Source of the DNA: Rhina ancylostomus | Lineage: Eukaryota | Length of the DNA: 64,000 bases | NCBI GenBank assembly: GCA_030265395.1 | Contig: JARFYF010000084.1 | Coordinates: 105,317,706 to 105,381,705, forward strand | Direction of reading: 5' to 3' | Shown: positions 1 to 11,510 of the stretch, piece by piece | Layout of the letters: each line of letters begins with the position of its first letter | Numbering within the stretch: the stretch's first letter is position 1 | Position numbers and translations under genes: made by a program | The notes under the pieces: model-generated | The model's database searches: none | What the model saw: only the letters and a program-made list of their open reading frames with translations | Told to the model about the DNA's origin: nothing

Positions 1-1224
1 CTGTTATTGGTTTTACCCTGTGCTACCTCAATGAAGTGAATGAGAAGTGATGGTCAAGGTGACGCAGCAGCCAACCTTCACCGACTTGCCACAGCTACAC
101 CACTGACCAATGTGAGTTTGAATAACCAGATGGATGCCTATTGCCCAGTCCCCCCCACCCCCATCACCATCCCCTCCAACAACCTTCCTTCTCTTCCAGT
201 CGAATCTCACTTTTGTCATTCAGAATGTCTTAATGTCACAAGAAATTCATATGTGTCTCCTTTTGCTCTGTTTAAAAAAAAGCTCCTCTGCCAACACTTA
301 ATGTGAAAGTTTAAGCAGGGCTGTTGCTGAATCAGTTGTAAACATGCCTAGTGGATTGAGTTAACTTTTCCTGCCCCCTTTTGACAGAAATAAACAAATA
401 GGAAGCAGACGTGTACAGCTCACAATGCCAAAGGCATACGTTCTAACACCACTCAATCTCTGCAGCAAACCACGGAGCACAGCATCGTGGATTAAAGACC
501 AATGAGGTTTACAGTACACTGTTCCATGCCGATCAGCCGGCAATCAGCCTTCCAGACAAAGGAATACTCTGCTCAGGACCATACTGGGTCCGAGGAAAGT
601 CAGCTGGCGTTCTCAGGGTCTGCAAAAAATCTGCTCCAATGTATTAAGTTGGCTCTTTTGCCATTTTCCTTCACAGCTAATAAATAAAATCTATTGTAAA
701 CATTAATTAAAATCATAACCCAAGAAAAATTCCTGCCCAAAGGAGCAGTGGCGAGATTTGTCTTGCTTTAACACTAAAGATCACTTGTTAGAGTAACAAG
801 CTGTAAAGTACCAGTACTTTTTAAGATCAAGTTACAGAAGGGCAAAAGCTTGACTATTCTGCATTCTGAATAATAATTAGCCATTACCATTCAACTGTGG
901 CATAATGTGGGCATTATGACTGACAGTTCGCTGGACTATTGGGAGATGTGCAAGTCTTGCTCCAACCGTACGAGACATCTGTCAGCAAAAAAAAACTTCC
1001 TGACAAGCACCAGAGGTGCTCCAAAGCTGCCCAGGCTGCTCTAAGAAGCAATGTGCTGCCAAACAGCAGCAACAATGGTACTTTTCAAGGTAATGGAAGC
1101 AACTTGTACAAAGGTAATTTTCAGCAACTTACAAAGTCAATTACCAACTTGACAGGCTGACTCAAACACAGTTTCTGAAGCTACATTTCCCTGACCTCTT
1201 TCCTCCTAGCTTAAAGGATAAATT

Positions 1225-1375
1225 TAATAAAACCAGAGGGTGCTGGGAAAAAAAATCAGCATTGGTGAACAGAGTTAATGTGGACTTTATTTCTCTGCAG
1301 ATGCTGCTTGACCTGCTGAGTATTTATAGAATATTCTGTTTTTATTTCAAGAGTTCCAGCAATTGTTTTTTTTAT
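1225..1375. mobile_element. Degenerate Penelope-derived short palindromic element
   Basis: Contains gatgctgcttgacctgctgag...ttctgtttttatttc, a motif repeated at 15345, 41230 and 60530. Confidence 0.5.
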
Positions 1376-3022
1376 TTTCAACAGTAAATGCAATCCCTGG
1401 TAAGGGATTTATCTGGGATATCAGTAAAGTCCCAGTTTCAATTTGCAAAGTGTGTTAAAGTGACTCCTTTCATTCAGATAACTTTTGGAGATGTAACAAT
1501 TAGTCTCAATATTCCAAGGATAATATAAACCATATTTTTATTTGTGATCAAAAGCGCCTGCTGGATAGCATGCACTCAGTGCTGAATGCTCCTTCATAGG
1601 TGAGAATATTTCCCACCTATGGTTTACAGAGTGTTGATAATGTAGGTCAGAAACGATGGAATGGCACAAAGAGAAGGTGAGATATTTGTGCAGCAGATTA
1701 ACCAGTTGATTTAAGATAACGAGAAAATTCTGTCCTTTCCTGACCTTTACCCATGTGTCCTCCCTCAGAATCTTAGCAGGGTTTCTCTGTCCTAATCTAT
1801 GCTCCAAGCTGTTTTTTTAAATCCATGTCAATAAAATTCTGGATTGAAAAAACGAACTAATAACGAAATACATATATTGGCTGACAAGATTAAAGAAATT
1901 GATAAAAAAAAATTCTGATACTCTGGAGCTTTTTAAAAAGAGAACAGAACTCCATATCAGTAAAATTCTACTGCAGCAATCAATGAATATTAATTGAACC
2001 TTCACTCATGTTGCAAATACAAATGTCTTTCAACAGCAAAACGTAACTTGCAGACATATACATGAAGGACCTGAACATCAGATTTAACAAAATAAACGCA
2101 CCCCATTATCAGCCTTAAATAGAAAAGTCATATTAATTTCAAAGCCCAGTAAAATGTTATAATTTCTTACAATACTCTTCTGGCTGCAGTGGACAATAAA
2201 CATACACCTAATAGCCTAGGACCACTCTAGAAACATCTCCAACATGGCAACCAGAAAACTATCATGAATACAGCTTCAAAAGAGTTTTTACAATCCTCCA
2301 AAAGATAAATAACCAAGAGCAGACTTCCAAATATCAGCTTTTCATGCATTTAAATTAGATATGGGTATACCTTAAGATATGACAAATGTGTTTTCTAATG
2401 ACAGATAATACTGTCAAGGGCTTTGTAACAAACCGTGTACATATCTAACTTAANNNNNNNNNNNNNNNNNNNNNNNNNNNNNNNNNNNNNNNNNNNNNNN
2501 NNNNNNNNNNNNNNNNNNNNNNNNNNNNNNNNNNNNNNNNNNNNNNNNNNNNNNNNNNNNNNNNNNNNNNNNNNNNNNNNNNNNNNNNNNNNNNNNNNNN
2601 NNNNNNNNNNNNNNNNNNNNNNNNNNNNNNNNNNNNNNNNNNNAGATGCTCAAAATATGAGATAAGGAAAATTTGGAAATACACGGCAGGTCAGGCAGTA
2701 TCTATGGAGAGTGAAGCAGAGTTAAAACACTTCAAAATGAAACATCTGGATTTTCAACAGTTATCATTTCTCTGTGACATTAATACATCCAAGATTCAGC
2801 TCTTCACAGAAACACACCATCCTACCATACAGTGTTAATTTACCAACCTTGTTTAAACTGACACTCTTTTCCTCCTCTTCCCTAAATTTAATCTGGTGTT
2901 TCATCTCCCTTCAAACCCAATTAAAACTCAATCAGTATTTCTCACCCCTTTCTGAGGTGACAGTAACTGTCATTCAGTTCAGGCCAACCTTTTTACCCCT
3001 TCCACTAACTTTCTCAATGACA

Positions 3023-3276
3023 TTTTTTAAACTTAATTTATACAGCATAGTAACAGGCCCTTCTGGCCCAAAGAGCTTGTGTTGCCCAATTACACCCATG
3101 TTAACCTACTAACCCATACGTCTTTGGAATGTGGGGGGAAACCAGAGCACCTGGAAGAAACCCATGCAGACACGGGGAGAACGTACAAACTCCTTACAAA
3201 TAGTGGCGGGAATTGAACCCCGATCGCTGGCGCTGTAATAGCGCTATGCTAACCATTACGCTATTGTGCTGCCCCC
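3023..3276 (-). mobile_element. tRNA-derived V-type SINE with CR1-like 3' tail
   Basis: Reverse complement shows a tRNA-like head (ggttagcatagcgc...ggggttcaattccc), the central gggtttcttccaggtgctctggtttcc domain, and a gggccagaagggcctgtt tail shared with CR1 ends. Confidence 0.85.
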
Positions 3277-3378
3277 ATCTTGCAATCTCTTTTCTCCCTT
3301 TGTTCATGGTGGTGTTACATGCTCTGCAAAACCTCCCACCCCCACCAATAGACAATAATGTCACCTGCCTTCAGTTAA

Positions 3379-3681
3379 GGGGCAGGCGCGGTAGTGTAGC
3401 GGTTAGTGTAATACTATTACAGTGCCAGTGAACCGGGTTCAATCCAGCCACTGTCTGTAAGGAGCTTGTACGCCTTTCCCTGTGTCTGTGTGGGTTTCCT
3501 CCAGGTGCTCCGGTTTCCTCCCACATTCCAAGAAAAGATTTATGGGTTAGGAAGTTGTGGGCATGCTATGTTAGCGCTGGAAGCATGGTGACACTTGCAG
3601 GCTGCCCCCAGAACACTCTACACAAAAGATGTATTTCACTGTGTGTTTCAAAGTACATGTGACTAATAAAGAAATCATCTT
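3379..3681 (+). mobile_element. Full-length tRNA-derived V-type SINE with Rex/Babar-like tail
   Basis: A-box-like gtagcggttag, B-box-like gggttcaatcc, central V-like domain, tail ...tacatgtgactaataaa. Close copies at 21022 and 22094. Confidence 0.9.
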
Positions 3682-4611
3682 AAATTTAGTGCCTCTGCTC
3701 ACACCTCTTGCCTTTTTTCTCCATTCTTCCTCACTTTGTAACAACTAATTCCCTTCCCTCTTGTTATACATTTCCCTCTCGCCTTCACTTCCTTCTTCTC
3801 TCCAGACCCATGTGTTTTCCCATTGCCCACCTTGTACGGATCACTGATAGAAGGAATTCCACTGGTCACACAGAGTGAAGGGAAACCTTCGTTGTCCTGA
3901 AAATTCTTGCCTGCAACATGTTGTGGCCAGAATTCCTGTCACTGGTAAAAGAATATTCTTCACAGGGTGACTGTCCAGTCTCTGCAAATTCGAGTTGGCA
4001 GGTACTTACATATTAGCAGTGCCCTGAAATTTTGATGACAGCATGAAGCAGTTGGTTTTTATGAATTTGTCTGCTTTTACCTAGAGTTACTTGGGCAAGG
4101 ATAAAAATGGCTTGCACACGCTGGACTCACAGGCACAAAGGAAATGTTTCCATTTTCAGTCATAGCAAATTAATTGCACTCTGGCAAATGTTTAAAGACA
4201 AGTTTACAATTGGCAATTATGAATCAAAAATAAAAGAAGCAGCTGTGTTACTGTTCGGTAACCACAGCAAATCTAGACTAGTTATAATTTTAAAAGTATT
4301 GTCTGATACGTTTCAAAATGATTTCAAGAGTACTCTACTATTTTCAATCCATTTTACCAATTTCTCTCCACATTTTGTTTAGGTGAATATTTGTGCTCTT
4401 TGGTGTTAATATTCTGAAATTTAAAACAAAAATGTTTTAAAGCCACTGTCTACAAAGTCCACCACGTTCAATTTCCAGCGTTTTCTGGTTTTGCTTCGGA
4501 TTCTTCAAATCCATTTCTTACTAAAATGGTTATTACCTTGTCAAAATAATTCATAGAAATTCTGGATGGAGTTTTAATTTCTTATGCACAGAGGGACATC
4601 CAGCCATGTCT

Positions 4612-4694
4612 GTGGGCGGACTCCCGCCCGTCCCAGAGTGCGGACTCCCGCCTGTCCCCGTGTGTGGACTCCCACCTGTTCCAGAGTGCGGACT
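4612..4694 (+). repeat. GC-rich 24-bp minisatellite, about 3.3 copies
   Basis: Unit gcggactcccgcccgtcccagagt recurs at 4616, 4640, 4664 and 4688. Confidence 0.9.
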
Positions 4695-4717
4695 TTCACA
4701 ACTCTATTGTGGTCACC

Positions 4718-4820
4718 ACTACCTCAATGCACTGTTGTAATAAAATGATCTATATGAACGTTATGCAAGACTGGTTTTTCACTGTGCCTCGGTACATGTG
4801 ACAATAATAAACCAATTTAC
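4718..4820 (+). mobile_element. Rex1/Babar-like LINE 3' tail
   Basis: ctacctcaatgcact...ttttcactgtgcctcggtacatgtgacaataataaaccaat matches the tails at 35150-35280 and 40220-40330. Confidence 0.8.
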
Positions 4821-5142
4821 CATATATTCTCCATCCATCAGTTCAACATGTGGCATCAGACTAACAAATCTTTCCTTCCCTCTTTGCAAAAGAGAGCACG
4901 AAGCACGTAAGGGAGGTGGGGAACCGGTGGCCCTTGTGCCAGTTGGTATTTGTCCAGGAAGAACTGCACAACCTAATGCATAGCTCAAGGAGATGAGGAG
5001 ATGGAAACTGCACAGCTATCTATTAATGGAAGTATCTCATTCAAGTATTTTTCATTCATATAGAGAAGACATCAACAACCCATGATAAATTATCATTTGT
5101 CTATTAACAATTTTAACCCTTCTTTTTCACAATTCCAATTCA

Positions 5143-6080
5143 CAGAAACATAAAAATGGAATAGAATTAGGCCCATCAGTCCTTCAAGCTGCTCTATCAT
5201 TCAATATGTTAATGGCTGATCATCCAAATTCAGTACTTGTTTTCTCCCTGTATCTCTTGATCTCTTTAGCCTCTGGTACTATTTCTGACCCCCTCTTGAA
5301 TATATCTAACGCTTTGGCCTCAATAACCTTCTGTGGTTGAGAATTCTGCAGGTTCACCATTGTTTGCAGGAAGACGTTTCTTTCCTCTCTGTCCCAAATG
5401 ACCTAGCCCACACCCTTGGTTTGTGACCCCAGCTTCAGGTCTTCCCCAACCGTGGGAACATTTTGACTGCAACTAGTCCATCCAGACCCATAAGGGCTTC
5501 AAAAGTTTTGCTGAGGTCCCTTCTCATTCTTCTAAACTCCAGCAAACATACACCTAATTGACCCAATCTCTCCTCATACATCAGTCCTGCCATTTCAGGA
5601 ATCAGTCACGTAAAGCTTTTTTGCTGCAGTCCTTCTATAGCAAGGACATCCTTCCTCAAATGAGGATGCCAAAACCGCATATGGTACTCAAGGTACGGTC
5701 TCAGCAATGTCCTCTGAATTGCAATTAGGCATCCCCGCTCCTGCACTCAGTCCCTCTCGGTATGATAGCCAACATACCATTTGCCTTCTTCATTGCTTGT
5801 TGCAGTTGCATGATTTCTTTTATTGACTGTTAAACAAGGACACCCAGATTTGCTACACTTTCCCTTTTTCTAATCTCTTGCCTTTCAGATAATAATCTGA
5901 CTTTTTGCCACATTATACTGGATCTTACATGCATTTGCCCGTTCACTCAACCTGTCCAAATCATTCCAGAGCCTCTCTGCATCCTCCTCACAGTTAACAA
6001 TTCCACCCAACTTTGTATCCCCTTCAGACTTAGCGATATTACACTTAATTTCCCCGATCTAGATCATTAACATTGAATAG
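5143..6080 (-). mobile_element. CR1-clade LINE 3' remnant
   Basis: Reverse complement encodes degenerate RT C-terminal motifs (RPYLEYHMRFW, LEFRRMR) followed by a CR1-type 3' UTR. Confidence 0.85.
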
Positions 6081-6139
6081 CAGTTCATGTATTTCATCTC
6101 CAAAGGATTTTTCACTCTCAGCTCTGATGTAATGGAAAG

Positions 6140-7815
6140 TAATATCAAAGCAAACAGCAAGAGCTTCAATGTACATTAACACAAGGGTAGTTGGGTAAGT
6201 GTGGCATTTCTGGAGACTGGGGAATTAACAACAGGAAACAAGGAAATAGCAGATAAATAAAATCAATACTTTGCATCAGTCTACATGATGGAGGACACTG
6301 CAAATATCCCAATATTTGATGAGCTCGTTTCAAACGAGTTGGACAAAGTATTGGAAAAATTAATGGGATTAAAGGCGGACAAGTCTCCAGGTCCCAGTGG
6401 CCTGCAGTGAGGTTCTTAAGGGAAGTGGCTGCAGAGACAGCGAAGACATTGGTTTAAGTTTATCAAAACTCCCTGGGTTCTGAGAAAGTAACAACGGACT
6501 GGAAAACCTTCATTGTTCAAGAAGGGAGGGAAAAGAAACAGGAAACTACAGACTTGTTAGCTTAACACCTCTTGTTGGCAAGATGCTGGCAACTGTAATC
6601 CAGGAAGAAACAGCAAGTCAGTTAAGAGAAGCTTAATGTAATTAAACCAAGCCAATGTGATTTTATGAAAGGTAAGTTATGCTTGACAAATTTGATAAGA
6701 GTTCTTTGAGGAGGTAATGAGCATAGTCAACATAGGGGAATTTACGAATGTAGCGTATCTGAATTTTCAGATAGTATTTGACAAAGTGCTACATTAAAGG
6801 CTTGTTCACAGGATGAGAGCTCATGATACCCGGGAAAGCAATAAACCAGCCTTTTTCAGGCTGGAAGAATGTAATTAGCAGAGGGCTCTAAGGATCAGTT
6901 CTTGACCCTCAATTATTTACAATTTACATTAACAATCTGAAGGATAAGGCAGAATGAAAGGAATGAAAGTTTTCTGATGAAACAAAAGTAGATGGTGGGG
7001 CATGTTGCGATAAGGAGATTTGTATTCTGCAATGAGGTATAGTTAAGATTAAGCGTGTGGGTGAAAATTTAGCAAATGGAGTTTAATATGGGAAAGTGTG
7101 AGATCNNNNNNNNNNTCAATGGAGAAAGACTGCAGATGAGTGAAATACACACGGATCTCCTTCCTCCTGTGCACGAATCGCCGAAAGTTAACAAGCAGGT
7201 GCAGCAAATGGATAGGAAGGCAAATGGCCTATCAACCTTTATTGTAGACGGTTTGCGTTTAGAAATAATGAAGTATTGTTCTGATTGTACAGGGTACTGA
7301 TGAGACCGTACCTGGAGTATTCTGCACAGTTTTAGTCCCCGTATTTAAGAAAAGATACACTGGCAGTCGAAAAGAGACTCACTAGGTAGACTCCTAGGGA
7401 GAGAGAGTTGTCTTATCACAAGCAGCTAAACAAAACTCTATATTCCTTGGCGTTTACAAGCATGAGCAGTGATCTTATTGAAACATATAAGATCTTTAGG
7501 GGGTATGACAAGGTAGACGTGGAAATGTTTCCACCAGTGGGAGAATTTAAAAGGGGACATAGTCATAGAATTAGGGGGCACAGTCATTTGAAAATGGAGA
7601 TGCACTGAACTTTCTTCTTTCAGAGGGTGGTGGATCTTTCCAGTTCTGCACTTGGAAGGTAGTGGAGGCGGGATCATTGAGAGGAAGTTTTGAAAGAACA
7701 GAGAATTGAGAGATATGGGGAACAGAGGAGGTGAGGCCTGGGGCATATTAGCCATGATCATATTGAGGGGTGGGGCAGATGTGTGACCTACTCTGACTTT
7801 GTTTTTCTTATGGTT
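6140..7815 (+). mobile_element. CR1-clade LINE ORF2 (reverse transcriptase) remnant with 3' UTR
   Basis: Frameshifted motifs KSPGP, GNYRLVSLT, FMKGKLCLTNL, FDKV, GSVLDPQLFTIYIN, RPYLEY and DLIETYKIFRG. Confidence 0.9.
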
Positions 7816-9289
7816 TTACACAGAAGGGTGACAACTCCTCCTTTGAGTCCATTACACTCTCTGTGTTGTTGCAGGGTTCATGTTCACTATTTACCAGCTC
7901 ACATAATGACACTTTGGTGGGTTCAGTTAGAGACAAGTTGAGGTGTTACTTGATGACAAGTGAGCTGGAACAGATGGTGAAGATGGGGACACCAGAAGCA
8001 TGTACACATTGGAAAGTCAGGATTGCTTAGTGGGATGAAGATGCTCCACCTTGTTGGTTGCTGCCAAACTGAATAGTTTTGGAGTAGCTCTTAAGATGCA
8101 GTTGACATATTTAAATTGCCAGCTTAACTGTCCCAGCTGTGCTTGGCATAAACCTGAAAGGTAGTGAGTCGGTGTTTTTGATGAGCCAGCACTTTGTGCA
8201 GGTTTACAACATACACCCTGTGCAACTTCCAAATCCATCTGCTTACAAGGATTAAAACAACCTCCTTTATTTTCATTATACAGTTCATTAATTAGTATTA
8301 GGTCACAAATTTCATCTCTCATCATTGTATATTAGGATTAAGGGCAGAGAAGTTTGGATTTTTAGACGTAAATTTTTCTAAAAGACTATTCATGAGACTA
8401 CAAAGACAAACTGGGCATGAATCTAATACCCCATGTCTGGGCTGATTTTATATTCTGTTTTCTGTGAAGTCACCAGCAGCATGTGTAGCATAAGATCCTT
8501 GTGGGGGGAAAATTCATATTTATTTTCTGATGAAGCTGTAAGATGTTGAATGTTCAATGTTGGTACATAAATGTGGTGTCCATCTGCTTACGCAAGGTGA
8601 AGTAAAACTAACCTGTCCATCACTGGTGATCATTCATAATGAAACCATTATTCCCATGACAGTTACATGAAGCTAGTAATTAAATACATTTAGTATTAAC
8701 TGTTAAATAAATTAGTAAAATCCATGATTCTAAATGCCTCAGAACAACTTGGGATGGGAAATAAATTCTGCTTTTTCACTCAAACAATTAAAAAAGAAAC
8801 TGTTGTTTCAGTTTGGGTAATGAGGGTGCTAATGTGATCCAGTCTCATTCTCACTCAGTTATACCTATTTGGGTATATGGTTTTGTTTTTGTCCCCCTTC
8901 CTATCCTCTGTTCAAAAGATGCCAAAAAATGTTAACTTTAAATTGCTAAATTATTTTTAATGAGGGAAATAATTTAAATTTACCTGTCTTGTGTTAGCAT
9001 TAATGCAGTCAGCAAAAATTGACGAGAAATACTTGCTAAGTTATCATGAGGCCATCAGAAGGTACTGCTTGTTGCATGGAACATCGACAAAATTCCAGTA
9101 GAATCTTGTTCTGGAAAGTGTTTATTACATTTCTCAGCATTTTTCTCTTACATACTCTTGAAAGTATCCTGACTGGTTGCATTATGATCTGGTACGGCAA
9201 TTCAAATGTACAGGAACATAAGAAGCTGTAGAGAGTCGTGGACTCTGCCCAATGCATCAGTGGCACATCCCTCCCCACCATTGGTAGTA

Positions 9290-9637
9290 CAGGAAGTCCC
9301 CGGGTTACGAACGAGTTCCATTTTAGAGATTGTTCGTAACCCGATTTTGTGTGCAACTCAGAACAGTGTCTGAGCATGCGCACTAAGCCCAGGGATCGCG
9401 GGCGCACATGCGCACTAGGCCCAGGGATCGTGGCTGCACATGCACACTAGGCCCAGGGATTGCGGCCAGGCATATGCACTAAGCCCGGGGATCGCGGCCG
9501 CACTGGGCCCAGCCGCACATGCACACTGGGCCTGGGGATCGAGGCCGCATATGCGCACTTGGCCTGGAGACCCACGAAGGCCCGTTCGTAAGTATGGATG
9601 TTCGTAAGTCAGGTGTTCGTAAGTCGGGGACTGCCTG
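9290..9637. mobile_element. Tigger/pogo-like (Tc1/mariner superfamily) MITE, 348 bp
   Basis: 23-bp TIRs caggaagtccccgggttacgaac and gttcgtaagtcggggactgcctg (20/23 match). TA at 9288-9289 and 9638-9639. Removing it restores the LINE frame PTIGSIYRRRC. Confidence 0.9.
9375..9570 (+). repeat. 32-bp CpG-rich tandem repeat, about 6 units, inside the MITE
   Basis: Unit catgcgcactaggcccagggatcgcggccgca starts at 9375, 9407, 9439 and 9471, then one truncated unit. Confidence 0.9.
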
Positions 9638-10777
9638 TATATACAGGAGGCGCTGCCTCAAGAAGGCAACATCCATCATCAGAGATCCCCACCATCTGAG
9701 CAATGCCATCTTTCCATAGCTACCATTGGGCAGGAGGTACAGAAGCCTGAAGTCCCACACCACCAGGTTCAAAAACAGTTACTTCCCTTCAACTATTTGG
9801 TCTTAAACCAACTGGCAAAACCCTATCACTACAGTTTAACAACACTATGACCACTTTGCATTAAAATGGACTATTTTTTTGTTATAATTGTAAAATTGGT
9901 ATATGACTTAAGTTTTTTCTTGACAATGCTGCTTATCTGATGCTCTGTGCCTGTGATGCTGCTGCAAATAAGTTTTTCATTGCACCTGTGCACACATGAA
10001 CTTATGCATATAACAATAAACTCGACTTTGACTTTGGGGCAGAGAAAATGTGAGATATTCAGAGACTGAACTGCTTCTTCAAATTTCATCATTGAACTTT
10101 TATGATTGTTTTAAATGTGCATGTAGGGTGCACTACAGAATGGTGGACACTGAGCACAGACCAATGAAGAGGAGAAATTAGAATGGGGGATCAGAAGCAG
10201 CAATGAAAGAGAAAAACTGGTTTGATATATGGATATAAGAATTACAATGGCTGAAAATCTGTCATTTCCAATTTGTAACTTCAACTTGAGCTTGCCATAG
10301 ATTTGGGGCCAAGGATGGTTGGTGGGGTCAGACTATAACAACAAAGCAGGAAAAATGTTTATAAATGAATAGCAGCTATTAAGACAACAGAATGACTGGC
10401 TGATGATACTACAGAGACTGAGATTCAACCTCTCTTTCAAAAAGAGCTAATTTCACCATTACTATCTACAGAATTCTGGGAATTTTTAGGGCTTTGTGGA
10501 TCCCATTTTGACACATTGCAGACAAGTGATGAAGTATTCTGCTGGAAGAGCAAATACTGGCAGGAAGCCAAGGGAAATACTTCAACAGACGTGAGGATTC
10601 AGTTTAATGCCTCAGCCTAAGCCAGCTTGACAATGATGCAATATTCCCTCAGTGCTGTCGGAAGTATCTGCTCCAGGATGTTATGGGGTTTGAACCCTCA
10701 AGCTGTTGACGTAAAGATCACAATACTATAGATGGTCAAAACCCCTGATTTGTTTGTGCAGAGAGTTTTTCAATGGC

Positions 10778-10950
10778 TTAAGGTGCTCCGGTTTCCTTCC
10801 ACATTCCAAAGACATATGGGTTAGTAAGTTGTGGGCATGCTATGTTGGCGCCAGAAGTGCGGTGACACTTGCAGGCTGCCCGCAGAATACTACGCAAAAG
10901 ATGCATTTCATTATGTTTCGATGTACATGTGACTAATAAATAAATATCTT
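10778..10950 (+). mobile_element. 5'-truncated V-type SINE
   Basis: Matches the 3' two-thirds of the SINE at 3379-3681. Confidence 0.85.
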
Positions 10951-10954
10951 ATAA

Positions 10955-11510
10955 CAGTAGGGACATCATAATGCAGTTGTTCAAACATTGGTTAGACCAC
11001 ACTTGGAATATTGTGTACGGTTCTGGTTGGTACATTAGACGAAGAACATGGCAACAAAAGAGACTGCAGAAGAGATTCACCAGGCTGTTGCCTGGAAAGG
11101 AGGGCTGTAGTTATGAGGAGAGATTGGATACACTGGGTTTATTCTCACTGGAATGTAGGAGTTACCTCAATACCTTATAAACTGATGAGGAGCACAGATA
11201 GAATAGATAATCAGAACAATTATCCCAGGGCACAGAAGTCTAGAACTAGAGGGCACAGGTTTAAGGTGAGATTCGAGAAACTTAAAGGAGATCGAGGGGA
11301 AAGTTTTCCCAAACAGAGGTTGGCGAATATTTGGAATGAGCTGCCAGAGGAGGTAGTGGAGGAAGATACTATTACAAAGTTTAAAAGGCACTTGGATAGG
11401 AAAGGCCTAGAGGAAACTAGTGTAGATCAGTGTAGATAGGCACCACAGTCGGCACAGATGAGCTGGACCATAAGAGCCCGTTTTTTGTGCTGTACATTTC
11501 CATGATTCTA
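10955..11510 (+). mobile_element. CR1 LINE 3' fragment
   Basis: LVRPHLEYCV, SYEERLDTLGLFSLE, TRGHRFKV, IWNELPEEVVE, FKRHLD, plus CR1 tail. Confidence 0.9.

Larger units (their letters stand above)
9150..10033 (+). mobile_element. Rex1/Babar-like LINE 3' fragment interrupted by a MITE
   Basis: ESILTGCIMIWYGN...RRCLKKATSIIRDPHH...GRRYRSLK is typical of the Rex1/Babar ORF C-terminus. The tail ends caataaactcgactttgact. Confidence 0.85.

Noticed and set aside
9375-9570. CRISPR-like array
   Set aside because: The units are contiguous with no unique spacers, there are no cas genes, the context is vertebrate, and the array lies within a MITE.
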